Source: Octopus sinensis (Eukaryota). Taken from it: DNA of 64,000 nt. The stretch covers positions 9,908 through 73,907 of the forward strand of contig NW_021832274.1 in the NCBI RefSeq assembly GCF_006345805.1, in the 5' to 3' direction. The first letter of the stretch is position 1. The number at the start of each line of letters is the position of its first letter. Positions 14,238-28,870 of the stretch are shown here, one piece after another. Both the position numbers and the translations under genes were made by a program. A model generated the notes under the pieces. That model did not search any database, had not been told where the DNA came from, and was given only the letters and a program-made list of their open reading frames with translations.

Positions 14238-14598
14238 TTAATGGAACATTCAAAATGTGCAGAATATATCAGAAATTTAGTGCATACTCACATGGAATTA
14301 CATTTACATGTTATGTATATTCACACACATGAGACAAAACCTAATGAATCACACATCTAATTAAACCGGTAGATACACAAATACATACATTTACAGATAT
14401 ATATATATATATATAAGCATATATACATACACAGATATATTGCTGATGTATAAATTCCAGTGAAGGAGCATTGTTTCTGTTTTGGAACACAGCTCGGTAT
14501 CGAATAGAAATTCTCAAAACGAAAACCAGAAAAATCATACGTTTATACGTGTTTGTTATATCTTATATTTATATATATATATATTATATATATATAGG

Positions 14599-14694
<96 letters not shown>

Positions 14695-14778
14695 ATGTGT
14701 GTGTATACTTGTATATGTATATATATTTGTATATATACTCATACATATACATAATACATATATAGTATATAAATCTGC

Positions 14779-14839
<61 letters not shown>

Positions 14840-15023
14840 TTACATTCATGTATACACGGACATACACGCACACACACACTCACATATGTGTGTGTATGCA
14901 TGTGTGACTGAGGAATTTCCTATAAATATATATTTACAGATAATAGTCCAATATTCGCAATCACACACGTACACCGACACACATACAGACACCAACATAC
15001 ACGTACTCCAACCAACGCACAAT

Positions 15024-15067
<44 letters not shown>

Positions 15068-15594
15068 ACACACACACACACACAGATAAGGACTCATTCA
15101 TATATGTACATATACATATATATATAAACATATATATAGATATTTATATAATATACTTCTTATAGATTGTTATTTCAAAGGTTACATTAAAAAAGAAACA
15201 ATAATAAAAATCAAAGATAAAACAAACGACAGTCCTACTCTGGTACACATGTATGTCCATAAAAAATCAATAAGAAAGTAGATCAACTAATCAATGAATA
15301 AATCAATGGTAACGATGATTGATTTGTACACATTATACAGTATATGTATATATAAGCTAAATGTTGATGTTTTTTGATATAGACTTTAAAATCAAGAAAT
15401 TACACCACATTATGTTATTGTATTGCACTGTGAACAATGAAAGTAGTTATCAATTGATATTTACCATAAATCAAGAAAATGATTTCTTTTTTTCCTTTGT
15501 GAAAGTGTGTTTATTAAATTATACTTATAAGTTTATACACTATCATATCGTCGTATCATCGTCTATTTCTGTATCTTTGACTCTGTATACACAG

Positions 15595-15637
<43 letters not shown>

Positions 15638-15760
15638 CATATATGTATGTATCTATATGCGTGTTTGTATATATTTTATCTTTTAAAAGACATACAAACA
15701 TGTAATATATATAATGTTGTGTGTATATATTATATATAGCGTGTATATATATAGGTATAT

Positions 15761-16068
15761 CACATGATCACGTGACCGACCAGGCCATCAGATGTTGCTA
15801 CACATCGCTGGTCACAATGCGCTTCGCATTGTTTTAGCCTTCGATGACGCCACCTCGCTGGCTAAGCGAGCTGGCCAACAGAAGAAAGTGTGAGGGAAAG
15901 TTGTGGTGAAAGAGTACAGCACGGATCGCCACCACCCCCTGCCGGAACCTCGTGGAGCTTTAGGTGTCTTCGCTCAATAAACACTCACAACGCCCGGTCT
16001 GGGAATCGAAACCGCGATCCTACGGTCGCAAGTCCACTGCCCTAACCACTGGGCCATTGCGCCTCCAC
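15761..16068 (-). mobile_element. tRNA-derived SINE family D with 14-bp TSD
   Basis: Minus strand starts GGAGGCGCAATGGCCCAGTGGTTAGGGC..GGTTTCGATTCCC (A/B boxes); ATATATAGGTATAT on both flanks (15747-15760, 16069-16082). Confidence 0.9.
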
Positions 16069-17469
16069 ATATATAGGTATATACATACATACATGCATAT
16101 ATATATATGTTTGTATGTGTGTGTGTGTGTGTATACACAATACACATACACAATACCCGCATATACACAAATATGCATTATATATGTGTGTGTATATATA
16201 TATAAATGTATATATATAAACAAACACACTTTGATTCATTAATGTAAGTTTGTATGTAAGTACGACGATGCATGTATATATGCGTCTATATATATGATGG
16301 TAGCATAGGCGAATAAGTAAGAATTTATCTTCACAATCATAGCAAACCACGTTCAGTGACATTAGGTCACATATTGGATGAGTAAATTACCACAGAATCA
16401 GATCTTTGTAGGACTTCTGACTGAAACCGCGTTATTCGAAACGACATGGGATGCTGCTTTAATTCAAAAGTCTAGGCTTGCCACATGGTTAATCATGCTG
16501 ATTAAGGGTCGATGAGGGTCGATGCATGATTATAGGTTTCCGTCGAATACTCGGCCAATCGCATGTTAATTTAACGCATATTTCAATTAATAGAAGGATA
16601 AAAAATTTTATAGCCGACAATAGATGACGATCTATAATGCATAAGTTGGTACATATGAACGTACATATATGAATATACTTATATGATTTGTAGAAGTAAA
16701 AATTGACATGAAATAACTCAGCGGTTTCTAGATAAACGCTTACATGCAGAATGTTAAGGAGAATGAAAAATGATGTTATTAGCATAGAAGTTTATGTTGT
16801 AAGAATTGATGGTAAGTAGGCAAAATACACAACTGGGTTAGAGGTCCATCATAATAATTGAAGAATGCTCGAAGAATGCTCTGACGGCGCACGTTTTAGT
16901 TGTACTGTGTGACTTAAAGTTCATTTACAGTGAAACGGAGCTTGTATATAAGCAGGTTTGTGACAGGATTCTAATAAGAAACAAATTTGGAAAGGCTTCA
17001 TGGACACAAAAATTAAGGGTGCTATTCATGGCGGAGGAGTGCATTGCACAGGAAAACAATTTTTATGTAAATCTACAACCAAAGAGGATACCTTTTCCTT
17101 GGTGGTGTATAAATGGCAATTAAGGGCGGTGTGAATCTGATAACAACAAAGCGGACATATATTTATGAGAGCTTTCATGATCCTTGAAGCATTAGGAGTT
17201 GAAACAAAACATTGGAATCTGGAACAGTCAAAGCGGTTGCTCTTGGAACGAAAGATACTGAACACTTTATTCACAGATGAGGTAGACCACATGGAAATAA
17301 AACAAAACAAACAAATAATGCAAGTTTGTTTAAAAGAGAGTTCTAGGTCTGAAATTAATTTTTCACTCAAAATGTTCGAAATACTTGTGACCAGACGCTG
17401 CTTTATATTGGAGATATATGAGCAAATATTTTCACTTGAACTTGTGCACTACACTTAAATGTAATTGTT

Positions 17470-18300
17470 TTCATGTACCGATGAATCTAACACCTATGAC
17501 GAATCGAATCGCTAATAAAAAATAGGAAAATTCTTCCCTCCACAGTTTCAAGTCAGAGACGCCAATGCCATACTCACAAATGCCATAATCAGTTCAAATC
17601 AAAGAATTTTAAGGTGAGATGTTCATGAACTGAGAAAAAGCTTTTAGTGAAAATTCCGTAGCGGTAATAACAATCTTGTTATCATCACACGGTCAGCCAA
17701 CTTGTAACTAGAGAAATCTGTCTCCATGTTTCTAAAGAAGATGTATATAAACTATTATATCACATTCAGAGGGCACTAAAAGGAATCACATCGGTCTAAC
17801 TAAAAGAGGGCACTAAAAGGAATCACATCGGTCTAACTACAAACAATCTTATTTCCCTCAACAACTCCATTCATTGAGGCCAACGAATCTGGAAATTCCG
17901 TCTTTCACAAAATTTGTTCGGAAAATCACATACTAGACATTAACATTTGCCCACTAACATGGGACATAATTGGTAAGAGAACTGATTACTTTAACGTGGT
18001 ACAGAATTGTAGACTTCGTTTCACTAAAAAGTTTCAAATGCAGAAGGAATATACATTTCCTAATCGGAGATCAAAGTTAACCTCCAAATGTCGCCACATA
18101 TAAACTTTCTGCTTAGAAAACTCCTGAGACATTCAAATACTAAAATGAACAAATATCATCTCAAAAATGAATTATTATAAAAAACGGTACAAAGAAGCGC
18201 ACTATCCTTGGGAAGGACACTTCTGATTTGATGAAAATAGGGACTCTCACAATCTCTGAGATATACTGTGTCGGGCCATAACCAAAGAGATTCGACTTTA
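17470..18300 (+). pseudogene. Decayed Penelope-like element: GIY-YIG endonuclease C-terminal region plus probable 3' pseudo-LTR
   Basis: Across frameshifts: NRKIL, CIYKTIISHSEGTKRNHIGLTTN, LTWDIIGKRTDYFNVVQNCRLRFTKKF, NRRSKLTSKCRH, matching the PLE pattern YxA..YIGLT..WxII..CxLCLxEK..LNxRSELxSKCRH; 37-bp internal duplication at 17768-17839. Confidence 0.8.
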
Positions 18301-19089
18301 GAAGAAGTGCTCTTACACCCCCACCAATTTACACACTCTTCGTTACCTTTAATATCATTTTAAGATTCACAAATGCGTAAGTCTTGCGTGTGCCCATGTG
18401 AAATCTCAGTAACGATGAAAAGAAATCAATGACAGCTTCCTACACACACACACACACACACACACTCACACAAACACATACGCCCAAATACATGTGTGTA
18501 TGGGCATACATGTGTGTGAGTGTGTGAGTGTGTGAGTGTGTGTGTGTGCATTTAAAAACGTATATGTTTGCATGTGTGTGTATAGATACTGTACTTATAT
18601 CAATCGATGTACGTTGGCCATCAGAAATTATATGTCGCGACGCAAAGTGAAACATTCCAAAGAACGTATGCAGAAATAACATCGTAAACATAAGCTGCCT
18701 ACTATATACAAAACATACACTCCACCCTACTCATTGTCCTCTATTATACGTTGAACATCGTTATCAAATAAAACATAAGCAATAACTGAATTAAAATTGT
18801 GCATAATGCTGACTGCTAGTTCCATTGAAGTTGGCTTCTTCACGTTCATTAAAAGCAATCTCCTGTCAAAATGAAAAGCATTGAATCGCATCAAGCGATG
18901 GTTTTATGTTCTTTTATAATCAGTGTTTTTAGTGGGTTCGTCACCCCCCTTTCTCACTCCAGCTATATAAACAGCCGTTGCTAATTGATATTTAGTATGG
19001 CGGCCTAGTTATACTTGTTCAAGCATGTATGAACATAAACATAAGTGTGTATGGAAACGTTATATGTAAGTATGTGCATACACCTAGAC

Positions 19090-19202
<113 letters not shown>

Positions 19203-19330
19203 TAGGTAGGTGGATATATAGGTAGGTAGATATACTGATGGACAAATAGATAATTCTATATAAGTATATGCAAAGATAAATGTGTGTGTGTGTATATGTG
19301 TACCTGTTGTGTATATTAGTAAGTGCTCCA

Positions 19331-19618
19331 ATTTAACGTCGTCATATGTACACTCGCGTACTTTTCTTATATTCTTGTGCCAAAGTCAATCTTCCAAACA
19401 GCCAAGGAAGACGATAAAAGGAATGTATACTGATATATTTGTATAACCATAAACCACACCACACCACACCACATCCGCACAAGAAACACGCTCGCACACA
19501 GAGACATACACACATACATACACGCGCATATAAGTATATGTATATATATGTGCATGAGATACATATATCTTTATACACGTGTGTGTCTATATATGTATTA
19601 TATATATACATGTGTATG

Positions 19619-19651
<33 letters not shown>

Positions 19652-19820
19652 GTATATCCATATTCATATATCTTTATACACATGTGTGTATGTATGGTAA
19701 TGTGAATAGATGTACCAATATATGGTCTTTTTATTGTTTTCATTGGTCGTTTCCAAGATTGATATTGGCACAAGAATATAAGAAATGTACGCGAGTGTAC
19801 ATACAACGACGCAAATATAC
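19331..19820. mobile_element. MITE/foldback-like element with ~105-bp imperfect terminal inverted repeats around a microsatellite core
   Basis: ATGTACACTCGCGTAC.TTTCTTATATTCTTGTGCCAA at ~19346-19383 recurs as reverse complement at ~19763-19802. Confidence 0.7.
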
Positions 19821-20448
19821 ATAATTGAAGGTATCAAATCGGAACAAGGTTAAATGCAATAAATAAATAAATGCACTCAATACATGGAATATAGTGTTAG
19901 AATATTAATTGTTAATTTCGTAGATTAAACTCTCACCGAAAGTTTCCTTTTCTTTAAAAAGCTACCAAAGAGAAAGATTACAGAAAAGTTGACAGAACAT
20001 GGATTTATTAATCACGTGAAAGAAAAAATCGTCATCATTTAAAAAATAGTTTATTAATATATGTGAAGGTAATGGTCGCGGTGTAAAATTAAAAAGTTCG
20101 GTAAGTCAAAAAAATATATTAGAGAGGTCGAATTTTATACCTGTTTACACATATACTGTATTAGTAAAGCGTATAACTATGACGGATGAGAAACGTAGAT
20201 AAATAAATTTAAAGTTAAAATAGTAATAATTGTAATGAAGTTGATAGAAAACAAGGGAAGTAACTAGGATGTCTTTGGGATAGTAAAGTAAATTGTAGGT
20301 AATAATTAGGAATTGTTATTTATAATCCAATAGTTTAAATCCAACGAAGTTAGGTTTGTCGTTCATTCTTTCGGGGTTGATAAAATATAGTACTGGAACA
20401 AACAACACTACCTTTCTTCCTTCCATTGGAAGTGGCTGTTCTAGACAC

Positions 20449-20598
20449 CAGTACGCAATTGGTACTCAATTTATCGATCCCGAAAGGAGGAAAGGCCAAG
20501 TCAACCTCGGCGGAATTTGATCTCAGAACGCAAAGACAGACGAAATACCGCTACGCCTTTCGCCCGGCGAGCTAACGTTTCTGCCGGCTCGCCGACTT
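20449..20598 (-). mobile_element. SINE family B monomer (head plus body)
   Basis: Minus strand GGCGAGCCGGCAGAAACGTTAGC..GGTATTTCGTCTG..CCTTTCGGGATCGATAAA. Confidence 0.85.
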
Positions 20599-22562
20599 AA
20601 AAATTAAAGGCAAAATTGGCCGCTGCGGAATTTGAACTCAGTGGGTAAAGAGTGACGAATTGTTGTTAAGAAATTTGTCCCGAGTGTTAAACAATTACTG
20701 ATTATTATGTAAGTAAAAATTAACGATTTATTTAATGTATTTCATGAAAGTGACGAATATGCGGAATGATCTGCTCTAAGAATTACTGATTAAGTAATAT
20801 AAAGAAAATATATATTGTTTGAAGCCAGCTTTAAGAAATATACACATTAAAACAAAATATAAACGGCGGATAAATTAGGGGAAATAAATGCATCAATGAA
20901 TAAATAAATGAAGTTAAATTACTAGGGGCAGTCAACGTACGTAGACAGATTGTACAGTTTTTAATATGATCGAAAATTGAACTAAATATGGTTCAGAGAA
21001 AGAAGGTTACACCTTAAAATATTTCAGCTATTATACGGGGTGGGGGGATACTTATGCTGTATTTTAGGGCCTTTGGGAGCGACATTTAAATACAAAGTTA
21101 TTTGATAATTTATTTTTGAATATGGTGTGCAACATTCTTGATATAAAATCAAGAAATGAAACAGATTTTGTCGTACTTAGGAAGGGTCGTTATGCTAATA
21201 GTAAAAACACGCCCTCGTTGTATTTCACTTCTTATACTATTACTCTGCTACTTGCTAAATAGTCAGCTAGTAGATTGCTTGATTGATGGTTCGGTTAATT
21301 GATTACTCAGCTAGGTTCGTCGGAATACCTTCGTACCATTCCCGATCTCAATGATTTTTTCCTGGATACTCTAGATTATTATAGTAGCAAAGACACCGAA
21401 ACTTCAAGTTTCACCTCTCGGAGGTAATTCAAACTGCTTCAGGGGAATGAAACTTGAAACCACATTGAAACTACACACACACACACACACACACCACACA
21501 CACACACAAACACAAATACACACACACGTATATATTACGTGTTTACTAACATATTGATATATACGCGCAAGTGCGCTTTGATGAGTTAATATTTTGTACG
21601 CATGCTTTTAAATCTTTTGAACCCGTATATTGTAGAACCCATAAAACCATGATTTTTATGTCATTAACAATACTCTGTCTCTTGCTGCTGCTGCTGCTGC
21701 AATTGTTGTTGCTGTTATTTTTGTTGTTTTCTCGGCTAAATTACTTTATGACTAATTCGCAATTTATCATTGAATCATTCTTCTCATCACTAGGTTTCTT
21801 AATTTATAACAGATTACGAGGTCAACAGTCGCATCAAATTGATATCATTAATACGACTATACAAGAGACTGCAGACTTGTTGGCTTCACTTAATTGTGCA
21901 GCCACTTCTGGTATTCTAGAGCAATACTTTGGGGTCAAGTATTTTAATGAGCGTTTAGTTCAGTTAAGTTTACGTTTAATTAGTCTTAATTAGAATATGA
22001 TTTGCTAACTAACTTTGGTAATATATTTAAGATTTAAGTGTTTTCGTTCGTTGTTTCACGGAGTTGGAGTTGTTAAGGTTTAGGTGAGCTCTGATCCAGC
22101 AGGTCAAAACAGCTCTAGACGTAATGATCTTGAGTCTGTTTTTAGATTTAATGTGTCTGGGATTTGATGTTTTAAAGCAGTAATATGGGATTTAACGAAG
22201 AAGCGGTTACCACTTTTAGCAGGTCGAGAGACAAGATCGAGGTTTCAAGAAGATACTGCCGTCGGTGCGTTGTATCATTATTTATAGAACTCAGATATGT
22301 ATTTGCTTATCTGTATTGAAACCATAAATGTGGCGGATTTGAACCACTGCTCTAAGTTAATGACATACGCGCCTGTTATAGATGTTTCCCGTGGTATAGT
22401 GTTTGATATACCAGTAATTGCCTGTCGTTCACCTGGACACTCTGGATTACTTCTTTTGGCTCATAAACACAATCAGACTCTCTCTCTCTCTCACACACAC
22501 TCACACATATTTACACACATTCTCACACACTCTCACACACACACACATATACATATATATAT

Positions 22563-22594
<32 letters not shown>

Positions 22595-22595
<1 letters not shown>

Positions 22596-23002
22596 GGCTG
22601 TGTGGTAAGTAGCTTGCTAACCAACCACATGGTTCCGGGTTCAGTCCCACTGCGTGGCATCTTGGGCAAATGTCTTCTGCTATAGCCCCGGGCCGACCAA
22701 TGCCTTGTGAGCGGATTTGGTAGACGGAAACTGAAAGAAGCCTGTCGTATATATGTATATATATATATATATATATGTATGTGGGTGTATGTTTGCGTGT
22801 CTGTGTTTGTCCCCCTAGCATTGCTTGACAACCGATGCTGGTGTGTTTACGTCGCCGTCACTTAGCGGTTCGGCAAAAGAGACCGATAGAATAAGTACTG
22901 GGCTTACTAAGAATAAGTCCCGGGGTCGATTTGCTCGACTAAAGGCGGTGCTCTAGCATGGCCGCAGTCAAATGACTGAAACAAGTAAAAGAGTAAAAGA
23001 GT
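22595..23002 (+). mobile_element. SINE family A
   Basis: High identity to the other family A copies; AAAAGAGT repeat tail. Confidence 0.9.
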
Positions 23003-24804
23003 ATATATATATATTCCTATATCTATATGAGTGTATATACTACAGAATATACGAACATATACAGATAAATGTATACATGCTATACGAATGTAGATAGCTA
23101 CAGTTATTGAAATTTTTCAGTTTTTATAGAAGTAAGACTTACATCATCTCCAACTTTTCATTTTATTACTTACAAGTTTGGTTCTTTAACAGACCGCAAT
23201 GTTTCTCTGATGCTAGACGAAAGTTTTAATATGCTTCGATCAGCAAAATTGCTTCCTGAATAATTTCCAATAAATACAACATTTCTTTAAATCGACGAAT
23301 GAAAACCATAATCCATGCAAATAGAATTCATTGGAATACTGCATTTACAATTTTATATTGCCATTATTAAATGCAAGAGCATACTAAAATCTTAGTAGAA
23401 TATCTAACCCTCACCTAACAAGGCGCATGTCTATGTAATATGATTACATTGATTGGGTTATATGCGTAGCTTATAAAGCTGTCGATAGTTATTCTAATTT
23501 TCTTAATATACTTTCGATTTTAAGACTTGATAAGAGTTTTAGCTGTTGCTTGTTTTATTTGATATGTTCTTAATGAAGACATGCATTTCCATAGTAAATT
23601 TTTAAAAATGGCATTAGCATTTAGATGTGTATGCATGTTTAAATGCAAGTCAATAGTTTTATGTGTATGTGTAGGCAGTGTGCGCTTTTGCGTGTGTTTG
23701 AATGAATGTGTCTAAAAAACTGATGCAAATATTTGCCAATGCAATTGTCATTTTTACGTAAAGTTACTGTAAACCATATTTATTTACAATAAGCATTAAA
23801 AAAAACGAATAAAACAATAGCATGATTCAAAAATAGAATAACAATATAATAAATATCAGGTAAAATGTGACATTAATGCAATAAAAATTGGATTCCTGCT
23901 TTCCATTAGAGATTTAGGCTGAAAGAGATGTTTATTTTCGAGTGAGAAAATATTCTGGAGATTATTCATGTCCATTTATCATGTGAATCCGAAGAAAATA
24001 AATGCATTAAAGGATTTTAATTCTGGGTTTATTGAAAGGATTGCTGTTTACAAAATGTTAGCGTGAGGCTAGTGTTATTCAAAAGATTTTTGTTCAGTCC
24101 ATTATCTAAATTTAGCTGATATTTACTATCATAATTCTGTACAGATATAAAAGAATATAAAATAAATGCCCTTTGTCCAAATGTCTTGGTTTGATCAGAA
24201 CCATATAAACTTAGTATGTATTATAGTTTTTAAGATTCTGATAGTGTGCGCTGTTGTAACTGGTGAAGTATAGGTCAGAAGAATTAAGAACGAATATTTT
24301 TTCTGACTTTAGTAAAAGATATTCTTCTCCAAAGAGTATTACTGAAGCTTGAAAGATGATCGATAACAATGTATAGAGAGTTAATGTTTAGAGTAATTTC
24401 CAAACATTGTAGTAAGTGGCAACTCACTCGAAATTACAGTCATGGTTGTCTGACCGTTTCCGATGATAATGACAATACCGCTGTATCGTAAACAGATTTA
24501 TAGTAACAACATGTTAGAATTTCTTGAACGGGAGAATGTCAGCAACGCACGATAGAATTTGATTTCAATGACATTTACAACCCCAACAGGAATAAACGAA
24601 TTCTGTAATCTTCTTAGAATCGGAGATAGTAAACAACTTTTGGAGAACATACTAAAAATATAGTTAAACTACTTCTAGTGAAGTTTTGTTACCTAACACC
24701 AAGTTGCGTTCTTAATTTTCTTCTATATTTACATCAATACACAGTATTCATAAGTTTTTTTGCTCATAGTGATAGACATCTAAACTTAATCGTTGCACGT
24801 CGCT

Positions 24805-24955
24805 AGGAGATGGTATGGGTTAGCTTCCCTGCTCGCAATTATATCGGATGCAGCTGTGCATCGTTAACCAGCTAGAGGGGATGTCCTCTTGGGGTTAATA
24901 AGTCACAGTAGAATCCGCTCGACCGGCCAGCCATGTTTAAGTAGCTAAGAATATA
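24805..24955 (+). mobile_element. Diverged relative of the hammerhead-bearing element at 44226-44795
   Basis: GAGATGG..GCTTCCCT..CCAGCTAGAGGGGATGTCCTCTTGGGG..ACAGTAGAATCC..AGCCATGTTTAAGTAGC aligns to 44645-44790. Confidence 0.65.
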
Positions 24956-27347
24956 ACCTTTTTATCGTTTTTCACCTAAAATATGCCACATCCAGGATCC
25001 TATATTTCTCTCGATTTTGCAGTCGCTCCGTATTCTGAGCCAATGTCTCTTTTTTTCTGAATTGGTATCATATCATTTATAATATAACATTTACTGAATT
25101 TTATGCTATTGATATGAAGAGCTGTGCCTCTCCAAACCATGTTCAAGTTATCAATAAAGGAGAGGTAAGAGGTTTCAGTGCGAGAAGTTATGATACCATA
25201 TTATTTATATTGATAAAAACACGAAGAATATAATTCTTATATTAAGTTTATTATTTTAATGGTATATCTGCAAAATATTTTCGTGGTTGAAGACACCCAG
25301 CTTACTGTGCTGTGAAATCAAACCCAAAACTACTTAAATTGAAAGTGACTTCTTCGCCACATATCTGCACCTCTAAGACAAACTTTAAATGAGGAATTAA
25401 AGACATAAAATTTTTAGGTTTCTAGTTGGGGTTAAAGTAGTGACGATAGTTTTCCGTTGTGTGTACTTATGTAAAATATTTTACAGGAACTAAATTCTAT
25501 TTATATCGCCATAGAATTCTAGAGTTTCAAGAGAAATCCACTGAATAGAAAGTAACTATTTATCTGCATATAACATTTTAAGTATTTGACATATCATTAA
25601 TCTAATTTTATGTTTAAATCTATCCTCGCTACCATATTGTAATGTCTCACAAAGAAAATACAATAATGTATGAAAAGTAGGACAGATGGTTCAAAGGTGG
25701 TGGTGTAAATAGAATGCATGGCTTTCTTGTACTTTCCAAAGACATTGGCGTCAAAAGTGAATGCAAATAAGTTTTATCAATAACTGAAACCATGTTGCTG
25801 AAAAGGTTAGCCGGGGACGGAGATTGAGACGTGCTGTGTAAATACTATCTAAAGTAGTTTGGTACAAAGAATGTGTATATAAAAGAGGCAATAAGTTATA
25901 GCACGAATGACCTAAATGAATTCTCAACGAAATTGGAATTAGATAGTTAGGGAAGCTGAGTTAAGTAAATTTAATATGTCACTCGATTTAACATCACACC
26001 TGGTCTGTCGGTATTTCTAATGACAGCCACTCGGCTTGGCGCATTTGGACCGAGTCTTATATCCGAATATACCGTCTAATATTTGCTGAAATTCCGTTTC
26101 GGAGGTCCTGAGAAGGGTGTACAGGAACTAAGTGAATGAAACAAAATAGAAAAGGATTTTCGACATTGAGGAGTTGTGTTTCAATTTCGGTTAAGAGAAA
26201 GCTCAATAACGTTATTAAGTTTTCGATTTAATGTAAACTTATCTAAAATATTAATTTCTTGCAAAAAGAATCAAGCCCTCTCATTTAAAGAAATATGAGA
26301 CTCTTTGAATGCCATTTGGACTATTTTAAACACTACAGAGATGCTTGCTACTGGTGTTTTAAGTTATTATTTTCATCGGCGACACTTGATGTTATATTAG
26401 TTTATGATCAATGTGAAGAAAGGATTATAGTGTTCATACTTTTAGCAAGTATTTTGATGCCGTAAAGAGAGAGAGAAATCATTTGAAGGTTGATACGAAA
26501 CTGGGTCGCTGTTTCAGTTGCTTTGGAACATCGCGACTACACTGCAGCACACCCTACGCATATTGACATTCTGTTATAAACAAACAACGTCTGAATTGGT
26601 TATGACTTAAAGAGAAAAGATGAATGTTTGTTATCGATGACCCTGGCAGTTGAACATGTGGTTCATAGCAGTACTTCGATTGATTAATGCATTATGCTCG
26701 GCTTATGCCCTCCTTTCGACTGGCATTTCGTTGTACTTACTACAAATTATAAAATTGTAAAACAAAATTTAAAATAAAATAGCCAAGACAGGAACCAATA
26801 AATCAACTTTTCATTCGATCTGTATCTAGTCTAAATTAGTTTAGCTCCAACATCACCCCTTATTTACTATTAAATGTCTGTAAATGGCGCCAACGTCAAA
26901 ATAAACACAACACCATTCTTTGAAAAATATTTGCCGAATAAAAAATATAATACGAAATATGAACCAATGTAACAAACACAAAAGTATATATGTGATGATG
27001 TATCTACCTTATAGTCTCATTACAAGAGATATGCTGTGTGTATTGAAGTATGTATTAGAGTGTGTGCGCAGACTACTTTTTTTTATCAGCATTTAAATAT
27101 TGCACACGCCAGATATAACTACTGATAAATGCTCACAAAAACACATACCCACACACATTTACACTGACAGATACGCACATATACAAATACATGTATATAT
27201 ACTGGATATATACTGCTATATGTGGGTGTGTCTGTGTGTATACACATCCATATATCATCGTTTAAACGTTTAAGTTCCTTGCCGACACGAGTTATGTATG
27301 GAAAATTTGAAAAAGAGTGAGATTGGTGAACCATTGTGCTTTTAAAG

Positions 27348-27408
27348 GCAGTGGGACTGAACTCGGAACCATGTGGTTGGTAAGCAAGCTACTTACCACA
27401 TAGCCTAT
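27348..27408 (-). mobile_element. SINE family A head fragment
   Basis: GCAGTGGGACTGAACTCGGAACCATGTGGTTGGTAAGCAAGCTACTTACCACA. Confidence 0.85.
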
Positions 27409-27442
27409 AGAATATATATATATATACATGAGTGGGGGGTAT

Positions 27443-27500
<58 letters not shown>

Positions 27501-27571
27501 GTATATAAATATATATATAAACACACACACACAGATATTGTATTGTAAAATTTGCGCTTAATATGATATCC

Positions 27572-27683
27572 ATTTTTGTCTGTTTTAGGTAAGTACCACT
27601 CCCAAAGCAAGAGGTTCTTCATTCCTATTGCTAACTATTTCCTTAGCAACTGTCTACATTTGTCTGTTCTTGTACAGGTAAGT
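27572..27683 (+). promoter_or_regulatory. Candidate recursive splice site(s) / RS-exon
   Basis: TTTTTGTCTGTTTTAG|GTAAGT (AG 27587-27588) and TTTGTCTGTTCTTGTACAG|GTAAGT (AG 27676-27677); branch-point-like TGCTAAC at 27629-27635. Confidence 0.5.
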
Positions 27684-28191
27684 ACTAGCATTTCTCTTTT
27701 AGAATGTTGTTATAGATAACAAAGAAACGATTCTTTACGAAAAAAACAATTAGAATGTTTTGACATCAGTATGGTATCAGTTATAAACCTATATGGCCGT
27801 GTTCACATTTTCTATTGGAGTCATGGACTAATCGTGCGTTTGGCGTTTGAAATCTGGCGGCACTCTTGTGTGTTCCGCTGGGAACATAGACAAAATATTC
27901 CAGAGCGATCGGACGAAATAGAGAGAAAATGTGAAAGCGAGAGAAAAAGAAGAAGAGGTGGAGAATAAGAAATAGAGGATGAGAAGGGGAAGCGGGTGAG
28001 AAGAGGAGGAATTGAAATCTGATATCAACTTGTACTTTATTTATCAGCCCTGAAAGGATGAACGTCAAATTGTTGACCTCTGCAGCACTCGAACTCGCTA
28101 CATAGAGGCATAGAACAAATACTGCAAGGCATTGTACCTGATATTCATACGACTACATGAATTAATGGCCTCTTTGTTGCAAATAAATGAA

Positions 28192-28271
<80 letters not shown>

Positions 28272-28288
28272 CATTATTACACTTATTA

Positions 28289-28522
28289 TTGAGTGAGAGA
28301 GCAATGGATGCCATCAAAGTGACACTGGGGTTAAATATACGAAGCCCAGTATACCCATCATGACTACCCATCTGATAAGGGTACACCAGGCACATGCATC
28401 ACAAACATATGTGCGCGACATAGTAATCTCTTATCAAGATAAACATCGCATGACCCTGCAGTTGGGGGCCAGTTAGAATTTTCATCATGTCAAGTAGCCC
28501 ATCCCGCTCAAAAAGTCCTTGA

Positions 28523-28619
<97 letters not shown>

Positions 28620-28870
28620 CATTATTACACTTATTATTGAGTGAGAGAGCAATGGATGCCATCAAAGTGACACTGGGGTTAAATATACGAAGCCCAGTAT
28701 ACCCATCATGACTACCCATCTGATAAGGGTACACCAGGCACATGCATCACAAACATATGTGCGCGACATAGTAATCTCTTATCAAGATAAACATCGCATG
28801 ACCCTGCAGTTGGGGGCCAGTTAGAATTTTCATCATGTCAAGTAGCCCATCCCGCTCAAAAAGTCCTTGA

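Noticed and set aside
15990-16066. tRNA gene candidates here and at 45094, 3999, 50663
   Set aside because: tRNA-like heads continue into SINE bodies, several with TSDs; no complete cloverleaf evident
17026-17458. ORFs 17165-17458 (+) and 17026-17370 (-)
   Set aside because: No recognisable domain or splice context
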